Assembly: GCA_934140005.1 (NCBI GenBank)
Contig: CAKPBB010000001.1
Coordinates: forward strand, 6,797-70,796
From: an uncultured Clostridia bacterium
GTDB taxonomy: Bacteria > Bacillota > Clostridia > TANB77 > CAG-508
Direction: 5' to 3'
Length of the DNA stretch: 64,000 nucleotides
Made by a program: the position numbers and the translations under genes. This document shows, piece by piece, positions 28,959 through 38,153 of this stretch (positions are counted from its first letter, which is position 1; each line of letters begins with the position of its first letter). The notes beneath the pieces are model-generated. The model was not told the DNA's origin and made no database searches. It saw only the letters and a program-made list of their open reading frames with translations.

Positions 28959-30023
28959 TTAGCTTTCTTGATCACCTTTTAGTTTCTCTGCTTGATCTGT
29001 TGCAATTAAATTGTCAATCATTTCATCTAAGTCACCATTTAAAAAGTTTTCAAATTGGAATATACTCAATCCAATTCTATGATCAGTTATTCTTCCTTGT
29101 GGATAGTTATATGTTCTTATTTTTTCACTTCTATCTCCTGAACCTACTTGACTTTTTCTTGCATTTGCAACTTCTTTATCCTGTTTTTCTTTTTCTATTT
29201 GGTATAACCTTGAACGAAGCATTTTCATAGCATATTCTCTATTTTGAAGTTGTGATCTTTCTGTTTGACATTCTGCAACTAATCCTGTTGGTTCATGTAT
29301 TAAACGAACAGCTGATGATGTTTTATTAACATGCTGTCCACCAGCACCTGAAGCTCTAAATACTTCCATTTTTACATCAGCTGGATTTATTTCAATCTCT
29401 ACATCTTCTACTTCTGGAAGAACTGCTACTGTAACTGTTGAAGTATGAATTCTACCACTACTTTCAGTATCTGGTACTCTTTGTACTCTATGAACTCCAC
29501 TTTCAAACTTAAATCTACTATATGCACCTTTTCCTGTTATCATAAAAGAAATTTCTTTATATCCTCCAAGTTCAGTCGCATTCTCATACATGATATCTAT
29601 TTTAAAATGCTTTCTCTCTGCATACATTGAATACATTCTAAATAAAGTTCCAGCAAATAAAGCTGCTTCTTCACCACCTGCACCAGCTCTGATTTCACAA
29701 ATAACATTGTTATCGTCATTAGGATCTTTTGGAATTAAAAGAACTTTTAATTCTTCTTCTATTTTAGGCAATTTTTCTTTTGCAGATAGCATTTCACTTT
29801 CTGCAAGTTCTTTTAAATCTGGATCGTTAAGCATTTCTTTTGCTTCTTCTAAATCTTGTGAAACTTTTTTATATTCTCTGTATTTCATAACAACATCTTC
29901 AATGCTGCTATGTTCTTTCATTAATTTTCTCCATTCATCTTGTTTTGAAATCATATCAGGATCACTTATCAATTTGTTTAATTCCTCATATCTCTTTTCA
30001 ACATCTTCTAATTTTTGAAACAT
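28959..30023 (-). CDS. prfA: peptide chain release factor 1
   Basis: 354 aa with the GGQ motif ([11 protein letters not shown]) and an RF1-type PxT region ([16 protein letters not shown]). Confidence 0.95.
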   Translation of the reverse strand: MFQKLEDVEKRYEELNKLISDPDMISKQDEWRKLMKEHSSIEDVVMKYREYKKVSQDLEEAKEMLNDPDLKELAESEMLSAKEKLPKIEEELKVLLIPKDPNDDNNVICEIRAGAGGEEAALFAGTLFRMYSMYAERKHFKIDIMYENATELGGYKEISFMITGKGAYSRFKFESGVHRVQRVPDTESSGRIHTSTVTVAVLPEVEDVEIEINPADVKMEVFRASGAGGQHVNKTSSAVRLIHEPTGLVAECQTERSQLQNREYAMKMLRSRLYQIEKEKQDKEVANARKSQVGSGDRSEKIRTYNYPQGRITDHRIGLSIFQFENFLNGDLDEMIDNLIATDQAEKLKGDQES

Positions 30024-30181
30024 ACAAAAACTTCCTTTTCTTTAATTTGCTAGAATATTATATCATATATTCTTTTATTGTACAACCCCCTATTTTTAGG
30101 CTATTTAAAGCATTTTTTATCAACTTATCATAAAATCCCTAACTATAATTTTAAGTATAAACTATAATTAAGGATTTAATT

Positions 30182-32071
30182 TTACATTTTACAAATATTA
30201 TATTTTATTCCAACTTTATCTAATGCTTCTTTTTCTCTATCTGAACAAGTAAAAATTAATATTTGATATTCTGAATATTCTTCTTTAATATATTGCAAAA
30301 TATTACATAATCTTTCATCATCAAAATATGCAAAAGTTTCATCTAATATAATTGGCATTTTTTCATTACTTATTTCTGATAGAGCACTTAATCGTAATGC
30401 TAAATACATTTGATCTATTGTTCCAGTACTTAATCTATTGATTGGTAAATATTCACCAGTTTCAACTTCAGCAACTAGTCCATCTATATCATTCAATTTT
30501 ACATTAACATATTTGCTATTTGAAATTGTTTTTATTGTATTTCCAAGGTTTTTAGTAAATTTTGGACTAATGCTTTGTTTTACTTCTTCATATGCTGATT
30601 GTAAACATTCTTTTGCAAGTTCAAAGGAATTATTAAGTTTCAATAAATTATCTCTTTCTGAAACAGCTATTTCTATCTCTTCTTCTACCTGTGTACATTC
30701 TTCTATTTGTGTATTTAAGCTCTCTATATCACTTCTTATTGTATGTAACTTAAATTCTAATGTATGAATTCGATTTTCATTATCTTCAAGCTCTTGACTT
30801 ATTTCTTCATATGAATATTCTAAAGCTTCTAATACATAATTTGCATTTACTTTGCTGATATATTCTTTTTTAAGCTTATCTTTATTTGCCTCAATTTCAT
30901 TCATTAGATCATTGTATTTTTGCTCGTATTCTTTCTTTTTATTTTCTTTTGTTTCTGTCAATATTTTTATTTCTTTTGAAATATTATTTCTTATATCAGA
31001 TAATTCATCTATTTTTGCTTTAATCTCTTTTTGGTTTTTAATATTTTTAAAAACGGCTATTCCTATACAAATTATAACAGGAATTAAACAGATAGCACTA
31101 TAAACTACATTTCTCAATAAAATATATAAAGCAATTCCTAATATTACAAAAATAACTGAAACAATATAATATGGTATAAAATTAATTTTTTTCTTTTTTA
31201 TATTACTTTCAGCATTTTCATCAATTTTTTCATTTAAAAATTCTATCTTTTCTTCATATTCTTTTTCTAAATTTTTATTAACATTTACTTCAGCAATTTT
31301 AATTCTATTATTTTCACAATTTGATTTCAAGTTTTTTAAGAAATTATTCTTTTCTTTCTCTTCAATTAACTCTTTTTCAGATGTGTCTTTTGAAGAAATA
31401 CTATTTTGCATAGTATCAATTGTATTTTGTAATGCTTTTCTCTTTACATTTAATTCATTTATTTTATTTGTTATTATATTTAATGGTCTTTGACTACTTC
31501 TCTCTGTACCAACTTTTTCAATTTGCATTTTAGACAATCTATCAAAAGACTTTTTATATGAAATATTGTCATCTCCAGTTGAAGCCATATTACTAAGTTT
31601 TTGAATTATTCCATTTTGTCCATTTTTACTTAATCTTGTTCCTTCTTGTTCAGATATTGCTGTGTTGAAAAATGTTTCTTCATCAATTCCAGTTTGTTCT
31701 GTAAAAAACTCTATTCCTCTTAATTTATCAATCTCAAAATCTTTTGAGATATCCTGCTGATTATTATCATATATAACTGGATTTTTCTTTTTAAAATCTC
31801 TATAAACTTCATATTGTTTGCCATCGTCTAATGTATACTGTATTTTCCCTGAAAATTCCTCTGTATGCCATGGTTTATATTTATCAAAATCAGATATTTC
31901 CTTCCCATTTTTATTCTTTGAAGCCCCATAAAACATACATGAAATAAATTTTAATAAACTTGATTTTCCAGCCTCATTATTTCCAGAAATTATATTTATG
32001 TTATCATCAAGCTCAATTTCCTTTTGAGAAATTTTTCCAAAACCATTTATTTTTATTTTATTTATTTTCAA
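30182..32071 (-). CDS. SbcC/YhaN-like AAA ATPase with coiled coil interrupted by a TM hairpin
   Basis: 629 aa. N-terminal Walker A is ISGNNEAGKSS. Long coiled-coil regions. Two hydrophobic helices at residues about 298-341 (nt 31049-31180). C-terminus has LSTGTIDQ and PIILDETF. Confidence 0.7.
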   Translation of the reverse strand: MKINKIKINGFGKISQKEIELDDNINIISGNNEAGKSSLLKFISCMFYGASKNKNGKEISDFDKYKPWHTEEFSGKIQYTLDDGKQYEVYRDFKKKNPVIYDNNQQDISKDFEIDKLRGIEFFTEQTGIDEETFFNTAISEQEGTRLSKNGQNGIIQKLSNMASTGDDNISYKKSFDRLSKMQIEKVGTERSSQRPLNIITNKINELNVKRKALQNTIDTMQNSISSKDTSEKELIEEKEKNNFLKNLKSNCENNRIKIAEVNVNKNLEKEYEEKIEFLNEKIDENAESNIKKKKINFIPYYIVSVIFVILGIALYILLRNVVYSAICLIPVIICIGIAVFKNIKNQKEIKAKIDELSDIRNNISKEIKILTETKENKKKEYEQKYNDLMNEIEANKDKLKKEYISKVNANYVLEALEYSYEEISQELEDNENRIHTLEFKLHTIRSDIESLNTQIEECTQVEEEIEIAVSERDNLLKLNNSFELAKECLQSAYEEVKQSISPKFTKNLGNTIKTISNSKYVNVKLNDIDGLVAEVETGEYLPINRLSTGTIDQMYLALRLSALSEISNEKMPIILDETFAYFDDERLCNILQYIKEEYSEYQILIFTCSDREKEALDKVGIKYNICKM

Positions 32072-32085
32072 CCTTTGTATCCCTC

Positions 32086-33162
32086 CTACATGACTTCTAA
32101 TCCTAATTCTATTGCTTTTTCAATTTCCTCTTGAGAATATTCACCATTTTCTGATTTTTCTAAAAGTTTTTTGATATATATTCCTCTCAAACTGTTCTCT
32201 TTTGACAATTTTTCTATATCATATCCAATCTTTGTTTTATCTTTTACTTTAAGTACATTATTTTGATTCAACAATTTTAGTATATCATAAGTATTAATTT
32301 CAAAATTTCTATTTCCTACAAGAATAATTTTATACATTACTTTTTCTTCTAAAGCCAAATTATTAATATACTCAACTAATTCTTCTTGTGTATTAAATTC
32401 ATCAATTTTCACTTCTAACTCTTGAAATTTTCTTTCATCTACTGGTACAAACTTAGTTGATAACTCTCCGTTTGCCAATTCTCCAACAACCATTCCATGT
32501 TCTCCAAGTTCATCAAATCCTAATGAAATTAAAGAACCAGGATATATTATTCTTCTTCCATTTTCAAAATTATTTTTATGTATATGCCCCAATGCACAAT
32601 AATCAAATTTTAAATTTGCAAGATTAGATTCTAGAACAGCATTATAAGAAAAACCATCCTTGTCTTTTGCACCATTCAAATCACAATGCATTATTAAAAA
32701 ATTAGTTTTTCCATTTAACTCTATGTGTTGCAAATTATCTATAGGAGATTCTTGTTCATAAAAGTCTGTAAAAGCTGAACCGTATATATTTACATTTTCA
32801 TCTTCATATTTTTCAATTATTGATTTTTTAAATATATGAACATTTTCAGCAAAGTTATATGTTTCATATATAGAGTTTTTTATATATGGGTCATGATTCC
32901 CTGGTGTTATAAATATTTTAGTTTCTGGAATTTCCTTAAATAAGGAATTAATATAATCTATAGATGTTTTTCGAATATAATTTTCTTCGTATAAGTCTCC
33001 TGCTATAAATAAGTAATCAACATTATTCTCTTTACAATATCCTATTACTTTTTTTATTGCATTTCTTTGCTCTAATCTTCTTATATTGCCTAAATTTCCT
33101 TTTTCACTTAAATTTGTAAATGGACTGTCTAAATGTAAGTCCGCTATATGTACAAATTTCAT
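32086..33162 (-). CDS. SbcD/YhaO-like metallophosphoesterase (DNA repair exonuclease)
   Basis: Start moved from 33201 to ATG 33162 (MKFVHIADLHLD). Motifs are DLHLD, GDLYE, GNHD and GHIH. Confidence 0.8.
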   Translation of the reverse strand: MKFVHIADLHLDSPFTNLSEKGNLGNIRRLEQRNAIKKVIGYCKENNVDYLFIAGDLYEENYIRKTSIDYINSLFKEIPETKIFITPGNHDPYIKNSIYETYNFAENVHIFKKSIIEKYEDENVNIYGSAFTDFYEQESPIDNLQHIELNGKTNFLIMHCDLNGAKDKDGFSYNAVLESNLANLKFDYCALGHIHKNNFENGRRIIYPGSLISLGFDELGEHGMVVGELANGELSTKFVPVDERKFQELEVKIDEFNTQEELVEYINNLALEEKVMYKIILVGNRNFEINTYDILKLLNQNNVLKVKDKTKIGYDIEKLSKENSLRGIYIKKLLEKSENGEYSQEEIEKAIELGLEVM

Positions 33163-33228
33163 TATTTTATTCACTTCTTTCTTTTGTTTTAGTATATTCA
33201 AACGTAAATTAATTTTCTAATGTAGTAA

Positions 33229-33257
33229 ATTTTATCATACCTAATTTGTTCAGTCAA
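33229..33257 (-). promoter_or_regulatory. sigma-A promoter of the sbcD/sbcC-like pair
   Basis: On the minus strand: TTGACT (33252-33257), 17-nt spacer, TAAAAT (33229-33234). Confidence 0.45.
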
Positions 33258-33265
33258 TATTTTAT

Positions 33266-33277
33266 GAAAATTTGTTC
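33266..33277 (-). promoter_or_regulatory. candidate LexA (Cheo/SOS) box
   Basis: The minus strand reads GAACAAATTTTC, one mismatch from GAAC-N4-GTTC. It lies just upstream of the -35 box. Confidence 0.35.
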
Positions 33278-33302
33278 GTATATATTTCAAACTTTTTTCG
33301 CC

Positions 33303-33342
33303 AAAAAATAGCAAATGATAATTGATATCATTTGCTATTTTA
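33303..33342 (-). terminator. rho-independent terminator after the T4CP gene
   Basis: Stem AAAATAGCAAATGATA/TATCATTTGCTATTTT with a T-run on the minus strand. Confidence 0.75.
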
Positions 33343-33345
33343 ATA

Positions 33346-35379
33346 CTATTCGTCTATTGTTCCAAATAATTCATCAAATTTTGCTTCCAGCTCTTTTTGA
33401 ATATCTGTTAATTCTTCCTTATTGTTTTCCTCTGTATTCTTTTCCGTATTTGTATTTACAACTTCAGGTTTTTTGCTAGTTTCTTCTTTTTGTTCATTTT
33501 TCTCTTCAAACAAATCATCTAATGATTCCAAAGTTTGGGCTTTTCCACCATTTGAGTCTTGACCTTCTTCATATGGTTGATACGGATTATATTTTCTCCA
33601 TACCCCTCTGTCAACTTGTATATCATTATGATCTGATTTATATCTATTAACTAATTTTCCCTCTGGATATTTAAAATAATAATATTTATTAGCTTTAATT
33701 GGCTTAATACCTTTTTCATAAATTATACAGATATCATTGTCCAATCTTCTTAATTCATCTGGTGTAAGTAAAGCTCTCGCCATAATTTGGTCTGATTCAC
33801 TTTTTCCTTGTTTCCAATCTTCTCTATCTTTGTTTACAGAAACACTATCTCTTGAAATTGTCTTCTCACCTAATGCCTTAGAAAAGTATTCAACTGTTTT
33901 CTGTGAGTTTGAACCCAAGAACAAGTGAGTATCACAGTTACCCATTATTGTTTCGTGTGCTTCTTTATAAACTGCCTCTAATTGGTCTAAATTTTGTAAA
34001 ATTACACTAAATGAAATTTTTCTACTTCTAGATGTAGATATCTTCTTATCAAAATCTGGTATATGTCCGATATTTGCAAACTCATCAAGTATAAAGTATG
34101 TAGGAATTGGTAAAGCACCGCCATTTAAATCTGCAAAATCATATAATTGTTGTATCATCTGTGAGAAGAATATTGTAAGTAAGAAATCATATGCTGTATG
34201 TGTATCTGATGAAATAACAAATACTGCTGTTTTAGTTTTACCAATTTCAGTAAAGTCAATTGTATCAGTAGAAGTAACTTCTGCTATTTCTCTTGAATCA
34301 AACTTACCTAATTTTGATTGTAAAGTTCCCAATACAGAGCCAAATGTCTTTTCTGGTAACATTTCAATATTTTTATAATACATTCTTGCTGGATGATCAT
34401 AAGGTAATTGATTCATCAAGTTTGTAAGTAAATTATCTCCACCGTTATTATTAGCAGTTCTAACTAATTCTGAACAGCTAGCCAAACTTTGCTCCTCTGG
34501 TGGTCTTACTGCTTTTAAATAGTAAATCAATGCTTTCATTAGCATTTCTGCCATATCATCCCAAAATGGATCTGAACTTTTTCCTTCTCCTTGGCCTTTT
34601 ACAATTGTATTCGCAATAACGTCAACATCTATTTCGTTATTTATATGATGAAGTGGATTGTAGCCATCACTGTTTTGTGGGTGAACTAAGTTTAAAACCT
34701 TAACAGCATATCCTTTTTCTTTAAAATATCCTGCTGTTTTATCATATAATTCTCCTTTTGGATCTGTAAATACATAAGAACCTAAAAGTTGAAGTGCATT
34801 TGGTATAACATAAGAAGCAGATTTACCAGCACCAGAACCACCGACAACAAGAACATTAACATTTCCTCTTTTATCAACTGGCAAATAGTTCTTTTCTGCT
34901 AATACAATACCTCTTGATTTGCTTAAAACTTTATATTGCTCACCGTTTTCACTCCAGTCACTAGATCCATGCTCAATATCATCATATTCATGCTTTGGAA
35001 ATGCTTTTGCAATTCCAATTAAAACAAACAATCCATAAAAACCTAGAAAATATGGAAGTACATATCCGAACACTCTTCCATATCCATAGTTTCCTGCAAT
35101 AGCTAATCCTAAAGCAGTCCAAGGTCTAGTAATATATACTCCTAATTGAGTTAGAAATATATCCCATGAAAATCCATCACCTGTTTTTTCTGGTATATCT
35201 TCTAAACCAATATTTAAATCCACTTTTAATTCTTCTGGTATACCATCAAATCCTTGTTTTATCGCAACACTAAAAGGTGCAATTGCCCATATTATTATTA
35301 CTAATACAAGTATTGCACTTACAATTAATTTCCCTTTTATTTTTGTTATTGCTCTTTTTAGTTTCTCAAAAAAACCCAT
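33346..35379 (-). CDS. VirD4/TraG-type type IV secretion coupling protein (T4CP), intact
   Basis: 677 aa with N-terminal TM segments. Walker A is VVGGSGAGKSASYVIPN. Also TDPKGELY and DPFWDD. Walker B is YFILDEFANIG. The C-terminal tail is acidic. Confidence 0.85.
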   Translation of the reverse strand: MGFFEKLKRAITKIKGKLIVSAILVLVIIIWAIAPFSVAIKQGFDGIPEELKVDLNIGLEDIPEKTGDGFSWDIFLTQLGVYITRPWTALGLAIAGNYGYGRVFGYVLPYFLGFYGLFVLIGIAKAFPKHEYDDIEHGSSDWSENGEQYKVLSKSRGIVLAEKNYLPVDKRGNVNVLVVGGSGAGKSASYVIPNALQLLGSYVFTDPKGELYDKTAGYFKEKGYAVKVLNLVHPQNSDGYNPLHHINNEIDVDVIANTIVKGQGEGKSSDPFWDDMAEMLMKALIYYLKAVRPPEEQSLASCSELVRTANNNGGDNLLTNLMNQLPYDHPARMYYKNIEMLPEKTFGSVLGTLQSKLGKFDSREIAEVTSTDTIDFTEIGKTKTAVFVISSDTHTAYDFLLTIFFSQMIQQLYDFADLNGGALPIPTYFILDEFANIGHIPDFDKKISTSRSRKISFSVILQNLDQLEAVYKEAHETIMGNCDTHLFLGSNSQKTVEYFSKALGEKTISRDSVSVNKDREDWKQGKSESDQIMARALLTPDELRRLDNDICIIYEKGIKPIKANKYYYFKYPEGKLVNRYKSDHNDIQVDRGVWRKYNPYQPYEEGQDSNGGKAQTLESLDDLFEEKNEQKEETSKKPEVVNTNTEKNTEENNKEELTDIQKELEAKFDELFGTIDE

Positions 35380-35431
35380 TTAATTCACCTTTTCTTAAGT
35401 AAATTTTTTCAGTTTAAATTTTATTTATATC

Positions 35432-35833
35432 TTATTTTTCTAAACCACTATTATCTTCTTTTGCTCTATTTTCTTTTGCTTTATTAGCTTTTGCATTTTT
35501 TCTATTATTTTTTACTTGTTCATTTTGTGGTCTTACAGGCATTGAAACATAATTTCCTTTTGCAATTTCATTTAAGTTTTGCTCTGCTGTATTTTCAACT
35601 TTTACTATTCCTCCTGCATTATTAGAACCATTGCCTGATGTTCCACTTACAGTGTTTTCTTTATCTGGATCTATTATTAAAGGATCAGCTGATACAACTC
35701 TTAAATCACCATATCCATTATTTTCATAAGCCTTTGTTACATCTTCATCTGTAACATGTTCAACTCTCATTTCATTTCCAGTCATTCTCTTTCCACTACC
35801 TTCATTTGAAGGTCTAGCAGTATCTTCACTCAT
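35432..35833 (-). CDS. hypothetical protein, predicted disordered with basic C-terminal tail
   Basis: Start set to ATG 35833 (MSEDTARP), behind GGGGA; the ORF track begins at TTG 35851. G/N/S-rich, with the tail NNRKNAKANKAKENRAKED. Confidence 0.45.
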   Translation of the reverse strand: MSEDTARPSNEGSGKRMTGNEMRVEHVTDEDVTKAYENNGYGDLRVVSADPLIIDPDKENTVSGTSGNGSNNAGGIVKVENTAEQNLNEIAKGNYVSMPVRPQNEQVKNNRKNAKANKAKENRAKEDNSGLEK

Positions 35834-35851
35834 TATTAATTCCCCTTTCAA

Positions 35852-36394
35852 TTAAGAAAAATTACTTTTCTTATTATCTGATCTTACCTCAAAAGCAAAA
35901 TACTTTTTATAAGGTTTTAATTTACATTTTCCTTTTACTTCCCTTGTTTCCTCATCAAAATATAAAATTGGCTTAATTTCTTCTGTTGTTTCTGGATCTA
36001 TAATTGATATTGGCCTCTTCATATTTGGAGTATAAGCAAATTCCTTATATTCTGTTGCTTCCTCATTATACAAGGTTTTAAAATTCATTGGTATTGGCTT
36101 TTTTGAAATCTTCACAACATCATAATCTAAAAAGCCCATATTTATTACTACTCTTTCTTTACCAAAAGATAGAATAACAAGAGGGTTTCCATCTGGTGCA
36201 GGATTATCAACATAAAAAGTTTTTTTCTTTCTTTCTCCTACTATTTCCTCTGTAAATTCTAATCTCTCTACAGTATATTTTGGTGAAGTTTTTAAGTATT
36301 CTTTTTCAGTCCTGTTTACTTGGTAAATAACAGTACTGGTACCTTTTGGATCTGTTATACTAAAATACTTACCTTGTAAATTATCTTCTTCCAT
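35852..36394 (-). CDS. hypothetical protein (first gene of the T4CP operon)
   Basis: 180 aa with no TM segment and no recognised motif. Its stop abuts the next ORF. Confidence 0.5.
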   Translation of the reverse strand: MEEDNLQGKYFSITDPKGTSTVIYQVNRTEKEYLKTSPKYTVERLEFTEEIVGERKKKTFYVDNPAPDGNPLVILSFGKERVVINMGFLDYDVVKISKKPIPMNFKTLYNEEATEYKEFAYTPNMKRPISIIDPETTEEIKPILYFDEETREVKGKCKLKPYKKYFAFEVRSDNKKSNFS

Positions 36395-36457
36395 AAGTTA
36401 TACACCCCTTCATACATTTTTCAATGCGTTTTTTCCTTTGTATAAGTTTACTTTTTT

Positions 36458-36486
36458 ATTATATCGCATGAAAACAGGATTGTCAA
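36458..36486 (-). promoter_or_regulatory. consensus sigma-A promoter of the 180aa-133aa-T4CP operon
   Basis: On the minus strand: TTGACA (36481-36486), exactly 17 nt, TATAAT (36458-36463). A second TTGACA lies at 36504-36509. Confidence 0.65.
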
Positions 36487-36533
36487 CGCATTTGTTAAAT
36501 TTATGTCAACTATGCAATTGTTCGTTTTGTTTT

Positions 36534-37415
36534 TTATATATTTCTTGGATTATAATTTGAAATGCTTTCTAATTCTTTATATAATTCCTTTTCTTTATCT
36601 GTTATATGTTTTGGTAGCATTATTTTTGCTTCTAGAAGTAAGTCTCCTCTACCACCTTTTCCATCTTTATAACCTTTATTCGGAATTGTTATTTTCTCTC
36701 CACTCTGTGTTCCTGCTGGTATATATACATTTATATCTTCGTTAATTCCATTAAAAGTAATCTTTGTACTCAAAGCTGCTTCCCATGGTGTTAGGTTTAA
36801 ATATGATTTTATATTATAACCTTCTAATATAAATTTATTATCATTTTTTATTTTTATCCTAATAAACAAATCTCCATTTTTTCCACCATTTTTTCCTGGT
36901 TTTCCTTGACCTATTAGTCTTACTTTCTCATTATGCTGTATTCCCGCTGGAACTTGGATTTTTAAAGTTTTCATACTGCCATCAACTGTTCTTAATGAAA
37001 TCTTTTTTTCAGTTCCTCTAAAAGCTTCTTCTATTGAAATTTGAAGTTCGGTTTCAACATTTTCTCCCCTAGCTGGTTTTAATCCAGACTTCTTTATATT
37101 TTCACATTCAGTAGTATTTCCAAATAATATATGAAAAATATCTGAATTATTTTTATTTTCTTCATATGTAGATGTAATTTTATTTCTTCCAATATTTCTA
37201 TTCCAACTTCTATCATATTTTCTTTTTGAAACTGGTTGAGATAGCACTCTATAAGCTTCATTTATATCTTTAAATCTCTCTTCAAAATTCTTGTTTCCTA
37301 CATTAACATCTGGATGATATTTTTTAGCTTGTTCTCTATAAGCATTTTTTATTTGTACATCACTTACTCTATTTGTATCTAAGCCCAAAATTTTATAGTA
37401 ATCTTTGAAAATCAT
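36534..37415 (-). CDS. DnaJ-class co-chaperone without zinc finger (CbpA-like)
   Basis: 293 aa. The J domain carries HPD (DYYKILGL...KKYHPDVN). The C-terminal substrate-binding repeats are DnaJ_C-like. Confidence 0.8.
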   Translation of the reverse strand: MIFKDYYKILGLDTNRVSDVQIKNAYREQAKKYHPDVNVGNKNFEERFKDINEAYRVLSQPVSKRKYDRSWNRNIGRNKITSTYEENKNNSDIFHILFGNTTECENIKKSGLKPARGENVETELQISIEEAFRGTEKKISLRTVDGSMKTLKIQVPAGIQHNEKVRLIGQGKPGKNGGKNGDLFIRIKIKNDNKFILEGYNIKSYLNLTPWEAALSTKITFNGINEDINVYIPAGTQSGEKITIPNKGYKDGKGGRGDLLLEAKIMLPKHITDKEKELYKELESISNYNPRNI

Positions 37416-37592
37416 TTCAACATCCTCCGAACTTTTTCAAAATTCGAGTTTATTATATCATCTAACATTTTTTTTGTGAAGATTTTTCAAAATATTTTTT
37501 ATTATTATTTGTAAAAAGATTAGTTCGACAAATTTTGCATAAAAAAACAAATAGGTTATCTAAGTTCCTATTTGTTTTTTTATAATATATTT

Positions 37593-38153
37593 TTATTTGC
37601 ATAAATAATTATATGCTTTTACTGTATCTAGATGTAAAACCTTGCCTTCTGTTGTCTTTTCAGTAATTGTTTTTTTCAAACAATAAAGCATTGCTTTATC
37701 CAAATCTTTTTGGCATAGATAATATAAGAAATCTGTGTCCTCAAAGTTTCTGTCTTTTCCTGTGAAATCCGCTAAATAAATAATCTTATCTAGTGTAGAC
37801 ATATTAGCCTTTCCTGTTGTATGATATGCAATTGCTTCACAAATATCTTTATCTAATCCAAATTCTAATTCTGCTATTCTTGCACCTGCTTTTGCATGAA
37901 TTAAACCTGTATTTTCCTTTTCTATTTCATCTAATTCTACGCCTAATTTTTCAGCATTTGATATTCTAGATTCTTTTGGAACTTCTTTAGCAATATCATG
38001 CACTAGACCAGCAAGCTTAGCATTTTCAATATCGACATTATAAAGTTTTGCATATTCCATAGCTCTTTCCATAACACATACAGAATGATAAAACCTTTTT
38101 TCTGATAATGTTGACTTTACTTTCTCATATATTTCATCATAACTTTTCATCAA
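37593..38153 (-). CDS. yqeK: HD-domain bis(5'-nucleosyl)-tetraphosphatase YqeK
   Basis: 186 aa with RFYHSVCV, GLVHDIAK and AYHTTG. The ATG at 38150 may be the true start. Confidence 0.75.
   Translation of the reverse strand: MMKSYDEIYEKVKSTLSEKRFYHSVCVMERAMEYAKLYNVDIENAKLAGLVHDIAKEVPKESRISNAEKLGVELDEIEKENTGLIHAKAGARIAELEFGLDKDICEAIAYHTTGKANMSTLDKIIYLADFTGKDRNFEDTDFLYYLCQKDLDKAMLYCLKKTITEKTTEGKVLHLDTVKAYNYLCK

Noticed and set aside
30182-36486. The idea that SbcD/SbcC-like genes plus the T4CP operon form one defence-type system.
   Set aside because: A strong terminator (33303-33342) and an independent promoter with a LexA-like box separate them. The SbcDC-like pair matches the housekeeping yhaO-yhaN arrangement.
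36503-36745. 80-aa plus-strand ORF.
   Set aside because: It is antisense to the 3' end of the DnaJ-like gene and has a leucine/phenylalanine-rich shadow translation.
37524-37530. Exact Spo0A-box 7-mer TTCGACA upstream of the DnaJ-like gene. Another copy is at 5000-5006.
   Set aside because: Single 7-mers are expected by chance at this sequence length, and there is no clustering or positional support.
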